Part shown: positions 62,331 to 64,000 of the stretch, in pieces
How the letters are laid out: each line of letters starts with the position of its first letter
How positions within the stretch are numbered: position 1 is the stretch's first letter
Assembly (NCBI RefSeq): GCF_964355755.1
Contig: NC_092671.1
Coordinates: 27,106,070 to 27,170,069, forward strand
Source of the DNA: Antedon mediterranea
Lineage: Eukaryota; Animalia; Echinodermata
Direction: 5' to 3'
DNA length: 64,000 nucleotides
Program-made: the position numbers and the translations under genes
The notes under the pieces: generated by a model
What the model was told of the DNA's origin: nothing
What the model saw: only the letters and a program-made list of their open reading frames with translations
Database searches by the model: none

Positions 62331-62945
62331 CTAGATTTGAACTCGTCACTTTGACTATTTCGGGTTATCCGCGCAAACGCAACATGCACATACTTAACCA
62401 TATGAACCTCGACAATTATTATGCCATCCTATGACATGAAATAAATATGTTTACAGTGCTGAATTGTACCTATTATGTTATTTACAGTTTTAGACATGAT
62501 GACGTCATAACAATTGACATATTTTTAACTCATGCGAAAGATAGTTAATTGACCTAGACAGTACTGAAATATTTGAGGAAATGGAATACGTATAAGCGAG
62601 ATGCGCTCTATTTAATGTGATAAGCAATAACGAAAGAGTAAAAAATCCTATATTTTACATTCGTGTGGCCATACGATGACGTCATAACATCCGAAGGGTA
62701 AAGATTCTGCATGAATTCATATCTACAACATATCTGCCTACATATTAGATTAAAAAAATTGGGGGTCATGGGTGATCCTGAGGAGCTATAATAGATTAAA
62801 AATAGGCATAATTTTGACAATATGTTGTCACTTTTTCAACTAAAACGCGCGCAAATGGTCTAAATCAACGTGTCGCTCGCGTACCATCTAGTAATTGAAA
62901 TTATGTCAATCTTTATTTTAATCACTAGGAAAGGCTGTAATAACC
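62331..62945 (-). mobile_element. Truncated Helentron/HINE-like element nested in the 5' T-tract of 57628-63005
   Basis: A new CTAGATTTGAACTCGTCACTTTGAC end begins immediately after an A-run. Body matches the family. Confidence 0.65.
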
Positions 62946-63137
62946 AAAAAAGATGATGAAACAGGACAGTTACAAGGAGTTATCCGCTCAATGCGGATAA
63001 CTAATGAACTGGTTATTAAAACTTTGACTGCCAAACACAACGCTTGACTGCCAAACACGAAGATCTTCGTGTTTCGCGTTTTTTTACGAAATCCGGTAGA
63101 TAGGTTAATTATTGGTATTATACTATAAATATGGACA

Positions 63138-64000
63138 CTATATTCGGTCTGGACCGTCAATATTTTACTATTTGATAGTAACTAATCTGGCTACGAACAA
63201 CTGTCAAAATGGTACCTGTTGAAATAACTAACACCGCGCATCACAGTAGCGCGTAGAGCGATAGCTTGGCGCATTGTGTATCGGTCGCGCGCTAGCTATG
63301 CCGCCGAAGCATTACAAAGGTTTTTGTGGATTGGCATGTTTGTTTGTTATCTGAATAAAAAATAATGGAGTCATTTTGAATATGAAGTCTTTAATTTTAT
63401 TATTGTATGTATACCCTAATTGTTTTGGTGTTTCACTGTAAGTGACCAATTTTCATGCAACAAACTTGTTTAGAAATGGTATGGATATTATCATCAGTTT
63501 ACTAGGCTAGTAGTACTAGGCTAGCCTAGGCCTAGTGATAAAACGGTCCTGGACCAACTTTAGGCCTGGTTAACTAGGCCTGGTGTTGTATGTGGATTTT
63601 GGCGAAAAATTTATGTAAGATTTATGATTTATAAATGTAATACATTTTTCGATAGTGATAACTTGTTTTTATAGGCCTATCGGTCTATATTCGGTCTGGA
63701 CCGTCAATATTTTACTATTTGAAAGTAACTAATCTGGCTACGAACAACTGTCAAAATGGTACCTGTTGAAATAACTAACACCGCGCATCACAGTAGCGCG
63801 TAGAGCGATAGCTTGGCGCATTGTGTATCGGTCGCGCGCTAGCTATGCCGCCGAAGCATTACAAAGGTTTTTGTGGATTGGCATGTTTGTTTGTTATCTG
63901 AATAAAAAATAATGGAGTCATTTTGAATATGAAGTCTTTAATTTTATTATTGTATGTATACCCTAATTGTTTTGGTGTTTCACTGTAAGTGACCAATTTT
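63138..64000. repeat. 547-bp tandem repeat running off the window end
   Basis: CTATATTCGGTCTGGACCGTC at 63138 and 63685. I see one mismatch in the 316 bp of overlap. Confidence 0.92.

Larger units (their letters stand above)
57628..63005 (-). mobile_element. Helentron/HINE-like element (subfamily of 2712-4307) interrupted by two insertions
   Basis: 3' CTAG/hairpin/subTIR at 57628-57668, body at 57628-57957 and 61283-62330, 5' subTIR end at 62945-63005. Confidence 0.75.

Overview
AT-rich, intron-containing animal DNA, most likely an invertebrate deuterostome such as an echinoderm (inference from a Deu-domain SINE and the repeat landscape). The + strand carries five internal coding exons of a neurabin/spinophilin gene (PPP1R9A/B family), covering the post-RVxF segment, the PDZ domain and the start of the coiled coil. 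The exons lie at 16856-21165 and 52377-52607, and I see neither the first nor the last exons in the window. Upstream of the first visible exon, apparently inside a large neurabin intron and on the same strand, sits a tandem cluster of single-exon rhodopsin-family GPCRs with somatostatin/opioid/allatostatin-C-like motifs. Two copies are intact (1114-2142, 11393-12403) and one is a transposon-disrupted pseudogene (8494-9932); each has its own CCAAT+TATA promoter. The rest is a dense, heavily nested set of non-autonomous transposons (Helentron/HINE-like, PIF/Harbinger, Tc1/pogo, hAT, Kolobok-like, Sola2-like, Crypton-like, piggyBac), LINE/Penelope/SINE remnants and minisatellites. The strongest leads are three. 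First, the GPCR cluster is nested in a gene whose product scaffolds GPCRs. Second, a piggyBac derivative keeps an intact 159-aa ORF fusing the transposase N-terminus to the Cys-rich DNA-binding domain with no catalytic core. Third, two tiny palindromes look like P-element-type excision footprints. Everything was read by eye; superfamily labels rest on TIR/TSD patterns only and no database search was run.
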